Shown: in pieces, positions 19,782 through 29,384 of the stretch
Layout of the letters: each line of letters opens with the position of its first letter
How positions within the stretch are numbered: the first letter of the stretch is position 1
Source of the DNA: Nanobdellota archaeon
GTDB lineage: Archaea > Nanobdellota > Nanobdellia > Pacearchaeales > GW2011-AR1
NCBI GenBank assembly: GCA_018830525.1
Contig: JAHJSH010000029.1
Coordinates: 105,697 to 169,696, forward strand
Length of the DNA stretch: 64,000 bases
Reading direction: 5' to 3'
Program-made: the position numbers and the translations under genes
The notes under the pieces: model-generated
Databases searched by the model: none
The model's input: the letters and a program-made list of their open reading frames with translations, nothing else
What the model was told of the DNA's origin: nothing

Positions 19782-22175
19782 ATGAAAAAGGGTGAACAGA
19801 AAGAGGTTATCAGATTGAGAAATGTTTCTAAGCATTATCCAATGGGAGATTCGATAGTTAAGGCGCTTAACCATGTAGAGTTAAAAGTTTTTCAAGGAGA
19901 ATTTATTGCAATCATGGGGCCTAGTGGTTCGGGGAAATGTCTTGTTGGGGAGACGGAGGTAGTTGGGAAAGATGGAGTTCCCTATAGGATCGAAAATTTT
20001 GATGGGAGGGGTGTATTTTCTTGCGACTTTAATAACGGAAAGATTGTTTCGAGTGACGTTGTTGATTTTCACAATAGAGATGAATCTAAATTAATTGAAA
20101 TAAAAACAACTGGTGGCAGGAAGATTAGTGCGACAGAAGATCATCCTTTTTTTAGTATTAATGAAGGGGGTGTTTGTGAGATTTTCGCGAGTAACTTGGG
20201 TAAGGGGAATTTTATTGCTTGTCCTAGAAAAATAAAAATTAGGGGAAAGTGTCAAAATTTAAATTCGTTTGAAAAATTAAGTAAAGATAAATCACTAATA
20301 ATTTATGATTCGGTAAATTTAGTTAGAAATGTTTTTGAAAATATTGGAGTATCTAAGGCAACGGTTTGTAAAAAATTTGGGATAGCCCCTGGAACTTATG
20401 ACTGTTGGAAAACAAAAAACAATATTCCGCTTAATTTATTTAGTAAGATATTAAATTTGTATGGTAAAAATATTAAAGATTATAATAATTTGTTGTTGAC
20501 TGGTATGTGTTCTCGGAAAAAAGTTTGTATCCCGATGGTGACTAGTCCTAAACTAATGGAATTATATGGTTATTTAACTGGAGATGGTAATCTTGATAGA
20601 GATGGATTAAAGTTTACTAATTTTGATAAAGGGTTGGTGGGTAGATTTATTGGTTTGTCTAGGGATGTTTTTAAAACTGAACCGTGTGTTAGGCATGGAA
20701 GAACTGATATGAACTCGCGAGTTTTGGTTTCTTTTTTTAATAAGGTCTTTGGATTTTCAAAAATTAAAAAATCTAGGAATATTAGATTGCCTGATTTTGT
20801 TTTTAGATGTAGCGAAAAGGAGATTGCCGGATTTATTAGGGGGTTGTTTGACTGTGATTCTCATATTTATTTAAACAGGAAAGAAATTGTACTTACTCTT
20901 GCAAGTGAAAATTTAATTAAACAGGTTTGGAATTTGCTTTTGAGATTTGGTATTGTCGGGCGATATTCTGAAAAAGAGAAATATGCTGCGAATACTAAAT
21001 TGAAGATTCGAAGGAAATATTATTCGTTGTCAATTTCTGGATATGAAAATTTGAAATTGTATAATGAGTTTATTGGGTTTAATTGTTTAAAGAAAAGTAG
21101 GCGACTAAAGGACCATCTGAAAAATAAGGGTAATACTAATGTTGATGTGATTCCTTGTGGCGATTTAATTAGAAAAATACGTAGGGATTCTGGTATTAAT
21201 TTTAATAGAGCTATTCATAAATTTTTGTGGCCCTATGAGACGAAAAAGATTAATCCATCTATTCGCCAATTGGAGAAAATTATTAAGGTGTTTAAAAAGG
21301 GAGGGGTTCGAGAGGAGGAGTTGAAAGAATTAAAGAAGTTGGTAAAGGCTGAGATATTCTGGGATAAGATACTTTCAATAAAAAAAATAAGAAAGAAAGT
21401 TAAGGTTTATGACTTGACGGTTCCGGAAACTAATAATTTTATTGCTAATAATTTTATTGTTCATAATTCAACTGCGATGAATTTAGTAGGGAGTCTTGAT
21501 GTGCCGACACATGGAACAATTTATCTAGATGGTGGGGATATTGCAGAATTGAGTGAATCTGATTTAGCCCAAGTCCGTGGGAAGAAGATAGGATTTATTT
21601 TTCAGTCTTTTAATTTGATTAATAATTTGACGGTGAAAGAAAATGTCATGTTGCCGATGATGTTTCAGGGGACGAGTTTTGAGGAGAGAAGTGATAAGGC
21701 TGAAGATTTGTTGAGGTTGGTTGAGTTGCATGATAGGATGGACCATTATCCAGGGGAGATTTCTGGAGGACAGATGCAGAGGGTTGCGATTGCTCGGAGT
21801 TTAGCGAATGACCCAGAAGTTGTGTTGGCTGATGAGCCAACTGGAAATTTGGATACGAAGACTGGTGCGATTGTTATGGATTTTTTGAAGAAGTTAAATA
21901 AACAAGGGAAGACAGTGATTATGGTTACTCATGATCCAGACCTAGCTAAGGAGTATGCTGATGTTATTTATTGGTTGAAGGATGGGGAATTGGAGAAGGT
22001 TACGAAAAGGTCTGGGAAAAGTTTTATTGATGTTACTAAGAGGAAGAAGAAAGAAGCTTCTGCCGAAGCTTCACACACTCATTTGTCTAATAGAAAGAAA
22101 ATGAGTAAAGAAGTTAAATCCGATGGTCGTCGCGCCACCGGGCATACCCCCCACTCGCGGAGTAAGGGGGTATAA
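19782..22175 (+). CDS. ABC transporter ATP-binding protein (MacB/LolD-like) interrupted by an intein
   Basis: The Walker A reads GPSGSGK, then the intein, then STAMNLVGSLDVPTHG. The Q-loop, signature motif (LSGGQMQRVAIAR), Walker B and H-loop all follow the insert. Confidence 0.85.
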   Translation: MKKGEQKEVIRLRNVSKHYPMGDSIVKALNHVELKVFQGEFIAIMGPSGSGKCLVGETEVVGKDGVPYRIENFDGRGVFSCDFNNGKIVSSDVVDFHNRDESKLIEIKTTGGRKISATEDHPFFSINEGGVCEIFASNLGKGNFIACPRKIKIRGKCQNLNSFEKLSKDKSLIIYDSVNLVRNVFENIGVSKATVCKKFGIAPGTYDCWKTKNNIPLNLFSKILNLYGKNIKDYNNLLLTGMCSRKKVCIPMVTSPKLMELYGYLTGDGNLDRDGLKFTNFDKGLVGRFIGLSRDVFKTEPCVRHGRTDMNSRVLVSFFNKVFGFSKIKKSRNIRLPDFVFRCSEKEIAGFIRGLFDCDSHIYLNRKEIVLTLASENLIKQVWNLLLRFGIVGRYSEKEKYAANTKLKIRRKYYSLSISGYENLKLYNEFIGFNCLKKSRRLKDHLKNKGNTNVDVIPCGDLIRKIRRDSGINFNRAIHKFLWPYETKKINPSIRQLEKIIKVFKKGGVREEELKELKKLVKAEIFWDKILSIKKIRKKVKVYDLTVPETNNFIANNFIVHNSTAMNLVGSLDVPTHGTIYLDGGDIAELSESDLAQVRGKKIGFIFQSFNLINNLTVKENVMLPMMFQGTSFEERSDKAEDLLRLVELHDRMDHYPGEISGGQMQRVAIARSLANDPEVVLADEPTGNLDTKTGAIVMDFLKKLNKQGKTVIMVTHDPDLAKEYADVIYWLKDGELEKVTKRSGKSFIDVTKRKKKEASAEASHTHLSNRKKMSKEVKSDGRRATGHTPHSRSKGV
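19938..21467 (+). mobile_element. Intein with LAGLIDADG homing endonuclease domain inside the ABC ATPase Walker A motif
   Basis: It begins with Cys (CLVGETEV) and ends ...FIVHN before extein Ser. The two LAGLIDADG blocks are LYGYLTGDGNL and IRGLFDCDSHI. Its 510 aa split GK|S of the P-loop. Confidence 0.8.
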
Positions 22176-23392
22176 TGAAGCTTGATTACTTAATCTTAGC
22201 TTTAAAAAATTTGAAGCATCGGGGAATTCGTTCTTGGTTGACTTTGCTTGGAATTTTTATTGGTGTTACTGCAGTTGTTGCGTTGATAGGTTTGGGAACG
22301 GGATTGCAGATGGCGGTTAGTGCTCAGTTTGGAGTTAGTTCGACAGAAATACTTACAGTTCAGGCAGGAGGTCTTAATGCTTTTGGAGCTCCGGGAAGTG
22401 GGGCCGTTAATAAATTGACAACAGAGGACGTAGAGGCCATTGAAAGATTGTCTTCGGTTAAGGTGGCAATTCCGAGGATGATTACTACAGGGAAAATGGA
22501 ATATAATGATATTGTAAGTTTTAGAATGGCTGCCTCAGTCCCGGATGGGATAAAGAGAAAAATTGCTTATGAGGTCTTGGACTCGAAGGCAGAGGTTGGA
22601 AGGATGCTTAAGGATGGAGATACTAATAAGGTAATATTAGGATATAATTTTTGGAAAGATGATGCAGTTTTTGGAGAGAGGATTGTTCCGGGAAAAACTA
22701 TTTTGATCCAGGACGAGAAATTTATTGTGGTTGGTATCTTGGAGAAAACGGGGAGTATCATATTTGATAACGTGGTGATGATGAATGAAGGACCTTTGAG
22801 AGATTTAATGGATTATGGGGATGATGTTGATGTTATCGCAGTCCAGGTCAAGAGTGAAGAAGATATGGACCGGGCAAAGGAAGATATTGAAAAATTGTTG
22901 CGGGAACGAAGGAATGTTGATGTCGGTGAAGAAGATTTTGAGGTTTCTACCCCTGAGGCTATGATGGAAACAGTGGGAAATATTCTTGGTGGCGTCCAGG
23001 CGTTTATAATAATTATCGCTTCTATTTCGATTTTGGTGGGGGCACTAGGGATTGTTAATACTATGACTACATCAGTTTTAGAACGAAGAAAAGAGATTGG
23101 GATTATGAAGGCTATTGGAGCGACGAACTTTCAGATCTTTTTGCAATTCTTTTTTGAGTCAGGACTATTAGGTTTTGTGGGGGGATTGGTGGGGATTATT
23201 TTTGGGACTCTTATTAGTGTTGTAGGTGTTGTAGGAATTAATAGTTTTATTGGGTCGGAACTTGCTCCGACAATTGATCTCGTACTAATCAGCGGGGCAT
23301 TGATTGGTAGTTTCATTGTAGGTGCGGTTGCAGGAATTGTACCCGCAATGAATGCCGCTAAACAAAATCCGGTGGAGGCGTTGAGGGGATAA
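22175..23392 (+). CDS. ABC transporter permease (FtsX/MacB-like)
   Basis: N-terminal TM, large extracytoplasmic domain and a C-terminal FtsX 3-TM bundle. Confidence 0.8.
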   Translation: MKLDYLILALKNLKHRGIRSWLTLLGIFIGVTAVVALIGLGTGLQMAVSAQFGVSSTEILTVQAGGLNAFGAPGSGAVNKLTTEDVEAIERLSSVKVAIPRMITTGKMEYNDIVSFRMAASVPDGIKRKIAYEVLDSKAEVGRMLKDGDTNKVILGYNFWKDDAVFGERIVPGKTILIQDEKFIVVGILEKTGSIIFDNVVMMNEGPLRDLMDYGDDVDVIAVQVKSEEDMDRAKEDIEKLLRERRNVDVGEEDFEVSTPEAMMETVGNILGGVQAFIIIIASISILVGALGIVNTMTTSVLERRKEIGIMKAIGATNFQIFLQFFFESGLLGFVGGLVGIIFGTLISVVGVVGINSFIGSELAPTIDLVLISGALIGSFIVGAVAGIVPAMNAAKQNPVEALRG

Positions 23393-23513
23393 AGATGATA
23401 AATAAAAAGGAGAACATTAGATTACGCAAGGACAACCCGGTAGGTAATCTGGTGATTGAAGTCCTTGCGGACCCCCCAGTAGGTGGTCTGGTGATTAAAA
23501 AATCAGGAGATTT

Positions 23514-24731
23514 TTGCTTATGATAAGTAAAGAGAGTGTAAAGTATTCATTGAATAATCTTAAGAAAAGTAAAGCTAGAAGCATCCTTACAATTTTGTCT
23601 ATCTTTGTGGGGATTATGACTATTTTTATTTTTGTTAGTTTTGGCTGGGGGCTTTATGATTATATTGATGAATTTACTTCTTCGTCTTCAGCAGATAAGT
23701 TGATGATTATGCCAAAGGGGGGTATGGGGGTTCCGGGACTGGATACTACCTTTCCACTTTTGGATGGTGATGTGCAGGTGATTAAGAACACGCCAGGAGT
23801 TTATGAGGCAACGGGAGTGTATATGAGTGTAGGAGAAGTCGTGCAGGATGATGCAAAAAAATATGTGTTTGTGGCAAGTTATGATCCGGATTTGCCGATG
23901 ATAATGGAGCTTTCAGATATTGAAGTAATTGAGGGACGAGCCCTTCGAGCTAGTGATTCTGGGAAAGTCACCTTAGGTTATAATTATTTGGTTAAGAATC
24001 GTATTTTTTCGAAAGTTTATTCTCTGAATAGTAAGATTAATGTGCAGGGGCAAGACCTTAGAATTGTGGGATTCTATGAATCTGTTGGAAATCCTCAAGA
24101 CGATTCTAATATTTATATTGCAAATGATTATATGTCTGAGCTTTATCCAGAGAAGAATCTTTCTTATGGTATGATTATTGCACGGGCAGATAAGGAAAAT
24201 ATTGATGAGACTGTTGAGAGGGTTGAGAAAAAATTGCGAGACTCTAGGGGTCTGGATGCGGGAAAGGAAGACTTCACTGTTGATTCTTATGCTAGCTTGT
24301 TGGATTCTTATATGATTGTCTTGGATATTATAATTGGTTTTATCCTTTTGATTGCGTTTATTTCGATTGTTGTTTCCGCGGTTAATACTGCGAATACAAT
24401 GATTACTTCTGTGCTGGAGAGATTTAAAGAAATCGGGGTTTTGAAATCTATTGGTGCTAGGAATAGTGAAATCTTTAAGATATTTTTATTTGAATCGGGA
24501 TTCCTTGGGTTTGTCGCGGGGGTGATTGGGGTTTTGGCTGGTTTGGGAGCAACAACCTTGGCGGCAGGTATTTTAGATAATCTTGGATACGGGTTCCTTA
24601 GTCCCCATTACTCGTGGACTTTATTTGCAGGACTAATTTTATTTGCGACATTAACCGGGGCGATTTCGGGAATGATCCCAGCATGGAGAGCAAGTAAGAT
24701 TAATGCAGTTGATGCATTACGTTACGAGTAA
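23514..24731 (+). CDS. ABC transporter permease (FtsX/MacB-like), second copy
   Basis: Same architecture as the upstream gene. Confidence 0.8.
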   Translation: MLMISKESVKYSLNNLKKSKARSILTILSIFVGIMTIFIFVSFGWGLYDYIDEFTSSSSADKLMIMPKGGMGVPGLDTTFPLLDGDVQVIKNTPGVYEATGVYMSVGEVVQDDAKKYVFVASYDPDLPMIMELSDIEVIEGRALRASDSGKVTLGYNYLVKNRIFSKVYSLNSKINVQGQDLRIVGFYESVGNPQDDSNIYIANDYMSELYPEKNLSYGMIIARADKENIDETVERVEKKLRDSRGLDAGKEDFTVDSYASLLDSYMIVLDIIIGFILLIAFISIVVSAVNTANTMITSVLERFKEIGVLKSIGARNSEIFKIFLFESGFLGFVAGVIGVLAGLGATTLAAGILDNLGYGFLSPHYSWTLFAGLILFATLTGAISGMIPAWRASKINAVDALRYE

Positions 24732-24752
24732 TAACTAAAATATTTTTTAGAA

Positions 24753-25592
24753 TTAATGTCTCTTTTTCTTTTTGGTGAATTTCCTAATTATCCACCATCC
24801 GATTAAAATAACTGCAACTATGCCAAAGATGTAAGTCCATTTAGAAGTTGTTTTTTGGTCGGCGATTCTTTCAGTGAAATACGTCGAATCGAAGGATATT
24901 GTTTTTATAACTGACCTTCGAACATTGATGGTATCTGAATAAGTCAGTTCTATTGTTAAATCTCCGTCCCTCATAGTTGCTTCGAAGTCTGCCGTAGTGT
25001 ATTCATTTGAATCTAAATCTCCAACGACAATTCGGTTGGCTCCTTTAACAATTATATTTGTTTGTTGAGGGATTGAAATTGTTAATGCTTCTACATCAGA
25101 CTCTTTAATGTTCAAGACCTCTAAGGTCAGTTCACGGGTTTTGAAATCATAGTCCTTAACATAAACTTCAAAGTCTGCTCGAACATCATCTACCTCTACA
25201 TTAAAAGTTTTTAATAAGGGGGCATCGTTTTTATTTTGGACACTTATTTCTATAGGATTTGCCCCATCAAGTGCATCTGCGTCAATCCGAACTTCATAAG
25301 GAATTTGAAAGGTTGATTGAAAGTTTCTTATATAATCTATTCCGCTAAAAGTTATTTTTCCGTCCGTTCCAGGATTGAACTGAATCGGATAACCTTCTAA
25401 AAGCTCAAAGTTTATGGCCCCGCATTCTGAACTTGCTAATCCACTAACTTGGAAAACCAATTTTACATAATCTCCCGGGACTGCAGGGTAAGGGTTTTGA
25501 TTTAATAACGAAACTGTTAAATCGCAAGATTCGGCACTAACTATCGTTACCGCGAAAACTACTAGAAATAATAACACCACGCCTTTTTTCAT
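24753..25592 (-). CDS. Secreted cell-surface protein with C-terminal membrane anchor
   Basis: N-terminal signal peptide and a C-terminal TM followed by KKKKRH. Confidence 0.4.
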   Translation of the reverse strand: MKKGVVLLFLVVFAVTIVSAESCDLTVSLLNQNPYPAVPGDYVKLVFQVSGLASSECGAINFELLEGYPIQFNPGTDGKITFSGIDYIRNFQSTFQIPYEVRIDADALDGANPIEISVQNKNDAPLLKTFNVEVDDVRADFEVYVKDYDFKTRELTLEVLNIKESDVEALTISIPQQTNIIVKGANRIVVGDLDSNEYTTADFEATMRDGDLTIELTYSDTINVRRSVIKTISFDSTYFTERIADQKTTSKWTYIFGIVAVILIGWWIIRKFTKKKKRH

Positions 25593-25689
25593 AATGTTTA
25601 GTAGTGTTGTTTATTTATAAAAGTTTGCAAGTAATCTCATAAAAGTTTAAAAAGAAAAAATGATACGGGAATGTAAGAGGTTGAAAATG

Positions 25690-25729
25690 TCACTCGAAGA
25701 GTCACCAAAATATAAAAGAGGAAAAAATA
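25690..25729 (+). promoter_or_regulatory. Conserved promoter-like element (CTCGAAGAGTCACCA + TATA-like AAATATAAAAG + GAGG)
   Basis: The motif recurs upstream of three other genes (26710, 27059, 28883). Confidence 0.45.
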
Positions 25730-26260
25730 ATGGCGAAGAAATGTATTTATTGTTTTGAACTTGTCGGAGATAATTCCGTCGTTGATATGTGCCAGCGTTG
25801 TATGTATCAGGTTTGGGGGGAGAAAATGGCGAAAGCGATTGTCGAAGGAATGGAAGGCGAGCGGAATAAAGGAAATTTAGATTTGGGGAGAGTTGGAGAA
25901 AACCGGAGAGAAGATATCGTTCCGGTTGTTGAATTTGCACCCAAGGGTGTACACCCCGGGGGTGCGAGAACCTCTTCGAGGCCTCCTACCCAGATGGCAT
26001 CCGCTAGCACGGACAGTGTCGGCAATGATCATATAGAAGTTAGGAAACCTGAATTAGAAATTATTGAGACTGCATTTGAAAGTGTTAGTTCAGAAGAGTT
26101 GATTATTTCCGACGTTCCAAGAATTGAAGAAGTTGCATCTGTTATTGAAGAGTCATATTCTGAGGAAATGGAACTTCCGAGTTCACTTCTGGGAGAAAGT
26201 AATGAAGAAAATTTTGAGGACTCGCAGATTTCTGTAGATGCTGAAAGTTTTATTTCTTAG
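25730..26260 (+). CDS. Hypothetical acidic protein with N-terminal 4-Cys zinc ribbon
   Basis: CIYC...CQRC motif. It is preceded by the same promoter-like element found upstream of rpoF and rpsK. Confidence 0.45.
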   Translation: MAKKCIYCFELVGDNSVVDMCQRCMYQVWGEKMAKAIVEGMEGERNKGNLDLGRVGENRREDIVPVVEFAPKGVHPGGARTSSRPPTQMASASTDSVGNDHIEVRKPELEIIETAFESVSSEELIISDVPRIEEVASVIEESYSEEMELPSSLLGESNEENFEDSQISVDAESFIS

Positions 26261-26451
26261 CGGAAAGGTTTATAAGTGGAATTTTTCTTGATTTGTTAGG
26301 ATAGTTATACTGTCCGAGTTGGTGACAGCGCGTATAGTTCTGTCAGCTTCGATTATAATATAATGGTACCCCAAAGGGCATAACCTTTCAGGTCACGAGA
26401 ACCTGCAAGCAGGCGAGAACCCTTTTCAAATAATTTCTCCAAAACAAGAAA

Positions 26452-26703
26452 ATGGCACGTCAAAGAAAAACTGTTAGAGAAAAAGGAAAGTTAAGACTTA
26501 GTAGATACTTTAAGAAAATTGATGATGGTGCGAAGGTTGCGATTGTGACTGAGCGTGGAGTTCGAGCGTCTTTTCCAAAAAGAATCCATGGAATGAGTGG
26601 AAAGATTCTTGAGAGCCGAGGAAAATTTAAGTTAGTTCAAATTAAAGATGGGAACAAAATGAAAACATTCATAATGCACCCAGTTCATTTGAGGTTATTA
26701 TAA
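26452..26703 (+). CDS. rpl21e: 50S ribosomal protein L21e
   Basis: MARQRKTVREKGK... typical eL21; conserved L21e-rpoF-DUF655 neighbourhood. Confidence 0.8.
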   Translation: MARQRKTVREKGKLRLSRYFKKIDDGAKVAIVTERGVRASFPKRIHGMSGKILESRGKFKLVQIKDGNKMKTFIMHPVHLRLL

Positions 26704-26709
26704 TCACAT

Positions 26710-26749
26710 GGCGCTCGAAGAGGACCATAGATACAAGGAGAAACAATAA
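26710..26749 (+). promoter_or_regulatory. Conserved promoter-like element GGCGCTCGAAGAGGACCAT + TATA-like + GGAG
   Basis: One of four near-identical copies. Confidence 0.45.
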
Positions 26750-27055
26750 ATGGCAATAATTGAAGAAACACCAATCACTATGGCAGAGGTTTTGGATTTA
26801 GCTGGCGATTCGGAGAAGGGCGAAGCGATTAAGAAATATATTAAGAAATTTACTAAGATGCCTGTTGAAAAAGCTAGGGAAATGAAAGAAGAATTGAAAG
26901 CATTAGATTTAATCAAATTGAAGGATTCACATATTGTAAAGATTGTTGACTTTATGCCAACTACCGCTTCGGAATTAAACAAGGTTCTTATTGAGGTTTC
27001 TCTGGATCAAGAGGAAATAACTAAAATATTAGATGTTGTCTCAAAATATAATTAA
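26750..27055 (+). CDS. rpoF: DNA-directed RNA polymerase subunit F (Rpo4/Rpb4-like)
   Basis: Its position between L21e and DUF655, the motifs ITMAEVLDL, AREMKEEL, IVDFMP, and its size. Confidence 0.65.
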   Translation: MAIIEETPITMAEVLDLAGDSEKGEAIKKYIKKFTKMPVEKAREMKEELKALDLIKLKDSHIVKIVDFMPTTASELNKVLIEVSLDQEEITKILDVVSKYN

Positions 27056-27058
27056 TTA

Positions 27059-27099
27059 TGGCTCTCGAAGAGTACCATCTATACATGGAGAAACAATAA
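27059..27099 (+). promoter_or_regulatory. Conserved promoter-like element, copy 3, driving a 17-codon uORF (27100-27153) ahead of the DUF655 gene
   Basis: GGCTCTCGAAGAGTACCAT...GGAGAAACAATAAATGGCAA is identical over 20 nt to the rpoF 5' region. Confidence 0.45.
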
Positions 27100-27156
27100 A
27101 TGGCAAAAGTAAATCGGAGATTTTCAATCTTCATTTTTTTGGGGGTCAGATAAAAA

Positions 27157-27693
27157 ATGGCGAAAGAAGAAAATGCGATTATACTAGATTTCCTACCCTA
27201 TGGGTATGTGATGGAAAAAAAAATGATGCCTATAGCTCAAGCTATCGGCACTAATGGATTTACTCTTTTGCAACTTGTTCCTCGAAGGGGGGAAAAATTT
27301 GAAGTTGGCGAAGTGGCTTATATCGGAGACGGTAAGAGAGATAAGGTTCAATATATCCTTGGGCGATGTCCAAGAGAGAAACTAACTGAAACTGCTAAAA
27401 TTCAGTTAGAAGAATTCATTGCGAAGTCAATTAAAGAAAACAAAGAAAAGTTCTTGAAGTTCTTTAATGAAGCACAAGCTATAAATACCCGACTTCATCA
27501 ATTCGAATTACTCCCAGGACTTGGGAAGAAACATACTAAGGCTCTCCTTGATGCTCGAAATGAAAAACCATTTGAGTCCTTTGAAGATATCAAGGCACGA
27601 GTTCACAACATGCCGTCGCCAGAGAAGGTTGTTGAGAAAAGAATTATGGAAGAGTTGACGGAAATACAGAGACACAATCTGTTTATATCATAA
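27157..27693 (+). CDS. DUF655-family archaeal conserved protein (RNA-binding, rpoF-linked)
   Basis: N-terminus AIILDFLPYGY and its conserved position downstream of rpoF. Confidence 0.6.
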   Translation: MAKEENAIILDFLPYGYVMEKKMMPIAQAIGTNGFTLLQLVPRRGEKFEVGEVAYIGDGKRDKVQYILGRCPREKLTETAKIQLEEFIAKSIKENKEKFLKFFNEAQAINTRLHQFELLPGLGKKHTKALLDARNEKPFESFEDIKARVHNMPSPEKVVEKRIMEELTEIQRHNLFIS

Positions 27694-27694
27694 A

Positions 27695-28201
27695 ATGGCT
27701 GAAGAAAAGAAGAAACCTGTGAAAGAGCAAGAAGAAAAGAAGAAGCATCAAGGAAAAGAAGAACGGGACAATGTTAGTTTGATAAGGGTACTTGGGAAGG
27801 ATATTCGAGGAGATAAACAATTGTTCGCGGGACTTACCCAGATTAAAGGAATTTCTTGGGCGTTTGCTAATGCGACTTGTAAGATTTTGAAACTTGATAA
27901 AACAAAGAAAATTCAAGATGTTTCACCTGAAGAGCTGGCGAAGATTGAGGCGTTTGTTAAGAATCCTCAGATTCCGGGATTTTTGAAAAATAGGCAGAAG
28001 GATTTAGCAGATGGGAAAGATAAACATTTGAGTGGTGCTGATTTGAAATTGCAGGGAGAGTTCGATATTAAGAGACTTAAGAAAATTAAATCTTACAAAG
28101 GTATTCGACATTCTGCGAATCTTCCCGTAAGAGGACAGAGAACTAAATCTAATTTCCGAAGAAACAGGAAGCCTTCTGTAGCTGCGGGAAAGAAGAAATA
28201 G
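27695..28201 (+). CDS. rps13: 30S ribosomal protein S13 (uS13)
   Basis: Conserved uS13 sequence and operon position. Confidence 0.85.
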   Translation: MAEEKKKPVKEQEEKKKHQGKEERDNVSLIRVLGKDIRGDKQLFAGLTQIKGISWAFANATCKILKLDKTKKIQDVSPEELAKIEAFVKNPQIPGFLKNRQKDLADGKDKHLSGADLKLQGEFDIKRLKKIKSYKGIRHSANLPVRGQRTKSNFRRNRKPSVAAGKKK

Positions 28202-28289
28202 AATGGAAAATAAAAATAGGGAGGTATTAAGTTTTTAGATTATGCAATGGTAAAGCCCTTGCGAAATTAAAAACTAAAGTTTTGAATTT

Positions 28290-28880
28290 ATGGGAGATAT
28301 AAAACGTAAAAGAAAATTGTTTAGTCGACCTAAGAAGAGGTTTGACCGAGCTAGAATGGATGAAGAAAATATTTTGGTTAATAGGTATGGATTGAAAAAC
28401 AAGCGAGAAATCTGGAAAGCAAAGACCTCTGTTTCAAAGATGAGACGAAGAGCCAAGGAACTTATTGGAAAGGAAATTGGAGAACAGCAAATTTTCTTTG
28501 ATAAGCTGGGTAAGATGGGTCTTGTAGTTCGAGATGTTTCAGATGTTTTGGCTTTAACTGAAGAAAATTTATTTGAACGAAGATTGCAGACAGTTCTTTT
28601 CAAGAAAAAAATGGCGAATACAGTTAAGGCAGCTCGACAATTAATTGTTCACAAAAATGTTTTGGTTGATGGAAAAGTGGTAAACATCCCATCGTTTATT
28701 GTTACAAAAGATTTGGAGGGCAAACTTTCGTTGAAGGAACGAAAGGTTAAGAAAGTTGAAGAAATTCCTGTGGAAAGCGAAGTGGCTGAGGTTACTGAAG
28801 AGGCACCCGTCGAGGAAGGTGCTGGGGAAAAAGTTGAAGAGGTTGTTGAAGAAGTAAAGGAAGAGGAGGCTAAAGAATAA
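28290..28880 (+). CDS. rps4: 30S ribosomal protein S4 (uS4) with acidic C-terminal tail
   Basis: uS4 N-terminus and S4 domain; gene order S13-S4-S11. Confidence 0.85.
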   Translation: MGDIKRKRKLFSRPKKRFDRARMDEENILVNRYGLKNKREIWKAKTSVSKMRRRAKELIGKEIGEQQIFFDKLGKMGLVVRDVSDVLALTEENLFERRLQTVLFKKKMANTVKAARQLIVHKNVLVDGKVVNIPSFIVTKDLEGKLSLKERKVKKVEEIPVESEVAEVTEEAPVEEGAGEKVEEVVEEVKEEEAKE

Positions 28881-28882
28881 TT

Positions 28883-28919
28883 GGCGCTCGAAGAGTACCA
28901 TTATCTATAAAATAATATT
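28883..28919 (+). promoter_or_regulatory. Conserved promoter-like element GGCGCTCGAAGAGTACCAT + TATCTATAAAATAA
   Basis: Copy 4 of the motif, 20 nt upstream of the rps11 ATG. Confidence 0.45.
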
Positions 28920-29306
28920 ATGGTAAAGAATGAAGAAAACATTGGGATTTTGAATATTTATGCTAGTTTCAATAACACGATTGCAACTGTAACTGACTTG
29001 GCAGGGAACACGATTGGACGAGTTTCTGGTGGACAGATTACAAAACATGATCGAATGAGAGCTAACCCTACAATTGCTATGTTTATTGGGAAGAAGATTC
29101 AGGAATTATGCCGGGATTACCGGATGGATACTCTTTATGTTCGGATGAAAGGACAGACTGGTGGGACTGGTATAGGCCCCGGGGCTCACGCGATTGTTCG
29201 AACATTGACAAAAGAAGGATTCAAGATTTTGAGTATGGCTGAGACGACTGCAATTCCTCGAGGCGGTCCAAAGAAGAAAGGTGGAAGACGGGGGCGAAGA
29301 GTATAA
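28920..29306 (+). CDS. rps11: 30S ribosomal protein S11 (uS11)
   Basis: Conserved uS11 sequence. Confidence 0.85.
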   Translation: MVKNEENIGILNIYASFNNTIATVTDLAGNTIGRVSGGQITKHDRMRANPTIAMFIGKKIQELCRDYRMDTLYVRMKGQTGGTGIGPGAHAIVRTLTKEGFKILSMAETTAIPRGGPKKKGGRRGRRV

Positions 29307-29384
29307 AGTGACTTCAGAAAAGTTTCATTACCCATTCCCAAAGGAAATGGCTAAACTTATAAACTAAAAACAAGATAAAATAAA

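Noticed and set aside
26270-26450. Structured-looking GC-rich intergenic segment with GGTGACAGCG hairpin (also at 34899) and GAGAACC repeats upstream of rpl21e
   Set aside because: Could be an sRNA or a C/D-box-like element, but no convincing C/D boxes or covariation could be established by eye.
27033-27254. ORF 27033-27254 (73 aa)
   Set aside because: It is out of frame with the conserved DUF655 gene that starts at 27157. Its 5' part covers the duplicated promoter and the 17-codon uORF. It is not a real gene.
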